NCBI GenBank assembly: GCA_044220955.1
Contig: JBGAQA010000032.1
Coordinates: 1 to 64,000 of the forward strand
Origin: Sandaracinaceae bacterium
GTDB taxonomy: Bacteria; Myxococcota_A; Polyangia; Polyangiales; Sandaracinaceae
DNA length: 64,000 bases
Direction of reading: 5' to 3'
Positions 60,742-64,000 of the stretch are shown one piece after another. The notes under the pieces are model-generated. The model searched no databases. It worked only from the letters and a program-made list of their open reading frames with translations, and was not told the DNA's origin. The position numbers were made by a program, and so were the translations under genes. Numbering within the stretch: the first letter of the stretch is position 1; the number at the start of each line of letters is the position of its first letter.

Positions 60742-61869
60742 ATGAGAACGAGGCTGCCGGCCGCCGTCGAGCCCGAGTGGATCGCGCTCGTCGATCGCGC
60801 CGCCCCGGTGCTGCTCGGGCGCGACGACCGCACGGGCGACGCGCTCGCGCGCGAGGTGAAGCTCGTCTCGGAGATCTACACGCGCGAGCGGGCCGGTCTG
60901 CATCGCGCGTCGGTGGAGCTGGCCGCGCGGCTGCGCTTCTTCCTCCTGCGCGACCTCTCCAAGATCGAGCGCCCGCTCGTCGAGCTCGCGCTGCCGCCTC
61001 GGCAGACGCTGCGGGTGCTCGACCTCGGCGCGGGGCTGGGCACCACGACGCTCGGCGTCAGCCGCGTCGCGCACCGGCGCGGGCTCGCGCGCCGACTCGA
61101 GGTGGTCGCCGTCGAGCGCGCGGCACGCCTCGTCGACGTCATGACGCACCTCTGTGCGCGCGCGGGCGAGATCGCGACGCCGATCGAGCTCGAGGCGCGC
61201 GAGCTGGACCTCGAGCGCATCGACCCCGCGACGCTCGGCGGCGGCTTCGACCTCGTGGTCATGGGACTGGCCCTGAACGAGCTCTTCGTCGACGCCGAGG
61301 ACCCCGTCGCCGCTCGCGCGGCGTTCTGCGAGCGAGCCGTGTCCTGTCTACGCCAGGACGGCGCGATGATCGTGCTCGAGCCGGCGCTGCGCACGACGAC
61401 GCGCGCCTTGATGCAGGTGCGCGACCGACTCGCGCGCGAGGGCGCGGTCCACGTGCTGGGGCCCTGCACGGCGAACGGACCGTGCCCCCTCTTGCGGCGC
61501 GAGCGCGACTGGTGTCATGCCGACGATGCGCTCGCGCTCCCCGAGCCTCTCGCGAGCGTCGCGCGTGGTGCGGGCTTGCGCTTCGAAGGGCTGAGCTACG
61601 CGTACCTCACGCTGGGGCAGCGCCCCCCGGCGAGCACCGAGCGCCTGCGGGTGGTCGGGGGCCCGATCGTGCAGAAGGGGCGCACCGAGTGGCACCTCTG
61701 TCGCGCGCCAGACCACGTGCGGCTCGCCGTGCTGCACCGCGACCGCGAGGAGACGGAGCGCCTGGCCTCGCTCGGGCGCTTCGACCGCGTCCTCTTGCGT
61801 CCGACGCCTGCGGCCGGGGATGGCGCCGTCCGCGCCGGCTCCGAGGCGCGCGTCGAGGTGACCGGCTAA
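60742..61869 (+). CDS. Rsm22-family SAM-dependent methyltransferase
   Basis: VLDLGAGLG; FDLVV....LNEL; EPA; GPCT..GPCPL....DWCH. Confidence 0.85.
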   Translation: MRTRLPAAVEPEWIALVDRAAPVLLGRDDRTGDALAREVKLVSEIYTRERAGLHRASVELAARLRFFLLRDLSKIERPLVELALPPRQTLRVLDLGAGLGTTTLGVSRVAHRRGLARRLEVVAVERAARLVDVMTHLCARAGEIATPIELEARELDLERIDPATLGGGFDLVVMGLALNELFVDAEDPVAARAAFCERAVSCLRQDGAMIVLEPALRTTTRALMQVRDRLAREGAVHVLGPCTANGPCPLLRRERDWCHADDALALPEPLASVARGAGLRFEGLSYAYLTLGQRPPASTERLRVVGGPIVQKGRTEWHLCRAPDHVRLAVLHRDREETERLASLGRFDRVLLRPTPAAGDGAVRAGSEARVEVTG

Positions 61870-61879
61870 GCTCGGCGCC

Positions 61880-64000
61880 ATGCGTCACGCCGCCTTCGCC
61901 GTCCTGGCCATCACCCTCGCCCTGCTCCCGGCGTGCTCCACGCCCGCACCGGCGCCCCGCTTCGACACGGGCGCGCCGGTCGACGCGCACGTGACCGACG
62001 CGTCGTTGCAGGACGTCGGCGCCGACGCAGCGCGCGACGGCGCGATCTCCGACGCAGGCCCGCTCGACACCGGGGCCGTCGACGCGGCGGGCGTCGACGC
62101 GGCCGTCGATCCGGACGCGGCCCCCTCCGGCGACGCAGGCACCGACGCCGCGGCCGCCGCGGACGCGGGCGCGGACGGCGGCGCGGACGCCGGCCGGGAC
62201 GGCGGCACCGACGCGGCGATCGTCGCCGATGCGGGCCGCGACGCCGGGGGCGATGCCGGCTGCGCGTCCGCGGCCGCGTGCAGCGACGGGAACCCGTGCA
62301 CGACCGACACCTGCACCGCCGGGGCGTGCGCCAACACCCCGATCTCCGTCGACGACTCGAACGTCTGCACGACCGACGCGTGCAACACGAGCAGCGGCGC
62401 GATCACGCACGTCGCGATCGCGGGATGCTGCCTCGCCGCGAGCGCGTGCCCGGGGGTCGACACCGAGTGCAGGATGCGCACGTGCGTCTCGAACGCGTGC
62501 GGCTTCTCGTTCACCGCGGCGGGAACGGCGACCTCCTCCCAGGTGGCGGGCGACTGCCGCCGGAACGAGTGCGACGGAGCAGGCGCCGTCGTCACCGTGA
62601 ACTACGACGCCGACGTGCCGGACGACGGGCAGCAGTGCACGACGGACCTCTGCGCGAGCGGCGTCCCCTCCCACGGCTTCGTCACGATGGGAACGAGCTG
62701 CACGATGGGCGGCTCGGTCTGCGACGGCGCGGGTGCGTGCGTCGGCTGTCTCGTGGCTTCGACGTGCCCGGGCACCGACACGGCGTGCCGTATGCGCACC
62801 TGCAGCGCGGGCGCGTGCGGCTTCTCGTACCCGCCGAACCACACGATCGTGGCCTCGACCGCCGGCGACTGCTCGGCGAACGAGTGCGACGGTGCGGGCG
62901 GGATCAACCCCATCCCGGACAACGCCGACGTCCCCGTCGACGGCCGCGAGTGTACCCGCGACCTGTGCACGGCGGGCGTCCCCTCGAACCCGCCGCTCGG
63001 CGCCGGCACGGCCTGCAGCCAGTCGGGCGGCACGCAGTGCGATGGAAGCGGCAGCTGCGTGTCGCCGCCGTCCGTGGTCTCCACGACGCCGAGCGATGCG
63101 ACCTCGGCGATCGCGACGACGCGCATCTCGGTGACCTTCTCGACGGCGATGCTCGCCTCGTCCCTCACGGCGCAGACGGGCGCGGGCGCGTGCACAGGGT
63201 CCATCCAGGTGTCCCTCGACGGCTTCGCGTCCTGCATCGCCTTCGCGGCGGCGACGCCCGTGATGAGCGGCGGGGGCACCGTCGCGACCCTCACCGCGCA
63301 GCCAGGCCTGCTCGTGAACCGGACCTACCGGATCCGCGTCACGACGGCGGCGCTCAGCGCGGCGAGCCTGCCGCTGCCCGCGACGTACACGCACGCGACG
63401 GGCTTCACGACGGGCAGCCCCGACACGTGCGCGGGCTCCGTCGTCATCGCGCAGGTCTACGGGGCCGGCGGCAACGGCGGTGCCGCGTACCGCAACGACT
63501 ACGTGGTGCTGCACAACCGCGGCGCCAGCTCGGTCACGATGACGAATTGGTCGATCCAGTACGCCGCGACGATGGGCACCTCGTGGAACGCCACGACGAT
63601 CAACGGGACCATCCCCGCGGGTGGGTACTTCCTCGTGCAGGAGGCCTCGGGCGGCGCCGTCGGCGCGCCGCTTCCGACCGCCGACGCGACGGGCTCGATC
63701 AACTTCGCGATCGGCGCAGGCAAGGTCGCCCTCCTGAGCGTGGCGACGACGATCGCCTCCGGTACCGTCTGCCCGACGGCCAACGTCGTCGACCTCGTCG
63801 GCTTCGGCGTCGGCACCAATTGCTACGAGGGGTCGGGCCCCACGGCCCCGCCGACGGCGGCCAACGCGGTGCTGCGCGCCGCGACGAGCTGCGGTGACGT
63901 CGACGACAACGCGGGCGACTTCGCCTCGGCCGCCGCGGCGCCGCTGAGCAGCGCGAGCCCGGTCGCGCTCTGCGCGTGCGTCGTCCACAACGAGTCGGGC
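61880..64000 (+). CDS. Large surface lipoprotein (DAG linker, Cys-rich repeats, Ig-like domain, lamin-tail domain); runs off the window
   Basis: Absent from the ORF track because there is no stop in the window; MRHAAFAVLAITLALLPAC; C.DGNPCTTD.C repeats; P.VVSTTP.D...ISVTFS; VVIAQVYGAGGNGGAAYRNDYVVLHNRG. Confidence 0.85.
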   Translation, partial: MRHAAFAVLAITLALLPACSTPAPAPRFDTGAPVDAHVTDASLQDVGADAARDGAISDAGPLDTGAVDAAGVDAAVDPDAAPSGDAGTDAAAAADAGADGGADAGRDGGTDAAIVADAGRDAGGDAGCASAAACSDGNPCTTDTCTAGACANTPISVDDSNVCTTDACNTSSGAITHVAIAGCCLAASACPGVDTECRMRTCVSNACGFSFTAAGTATSSQVAGDCRRNECDGAGAVVTVNYDADVPDDGQQCTTDLCASGVPSHGFVTMGTSCTMGGSVCDGAGACVGCLVASTCPGTDTACRMRTCSAGACGFSYPPNHTIVASTAGDCSANECDGAGGINPIPDNADVPVDGRECTRDLCTAGVPSNPPLGAGTACSQSGGTQCDGSGSCVSPPSVVSTTPSDATSAIATTRISVTFSTAMLASSLTAQTGAGACTGSIQVSLDGFASCIAFAAATPVMSGGGTVATLTAQPGLLVNRTYRIRVTTAALSAASLPLPATYTHATGFTTGSPDTCAGSVVIAQVYGAGGNGGAAYRNDYVVLHNRGASSVTMTNWSIQYAATMGTSWNATTINGTIPAGGYFLVQEASGGAVGAPLPTADATGSINFAIGAGKVALLSVATTIASGTVCPTANVVDLVGFGVGTNCYEGSGPTAPPTAANAVLRAATSCGDVDDNAGDFASAAAAPLSSASPVALCACVVHNESG

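Overview
Very GC-rich chromosomal window that looks like Myxococcota, probably Polyangia/Sandaracinus-like. This rests on a MYXO-CTERM-like sorting tail, a TIGR02266-type PilZ protein, PEGA-tailed Ser/Thr kinases and many Cys-rich lipoproteins with DAG linkers. It holds about 55 CDSs. Housekeeping genes include glnB-glnA, engB, mreB, hflX, ccmC/ccmD, an ate/bpt-like transferase, an Rsm22-like methyltransferase, alkA, an acyl-CoA dehydrogenase and a UbiB/ABC1 kinase. Signalling genes include two paralogous ECF sigmas, a putative anti-sigma, two orphan histidine kinases, two Ser/Thr kinases and a TetR. There is also a Phd/VapC toxin-antitoxin pair and many secreted hypotheticals. No rRNA, tRNA, CRISPR array, transposase or phage gene was seen. 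The best candidate for an undescribed system is a Tat-type lipoprotein made almost only of six (A/G)-N-(L/I)-(M/V)-(A/P)-P-P repeats, translationally coupled to a ferritin-like di-iron enzyme, which suggests a precursor plus maturase pair. Other candidates are a secreted Fam20C/four-jointed-like kinase, an intact plus degenerate histidine-kinase pair, a switch-like leader in front of glnA, and two paralogous QCxCxxC lipoproteins. All family calls come from recognising motifs by eye, not from database searches. Several start codons were re-picked relative to the supplied ORF track.
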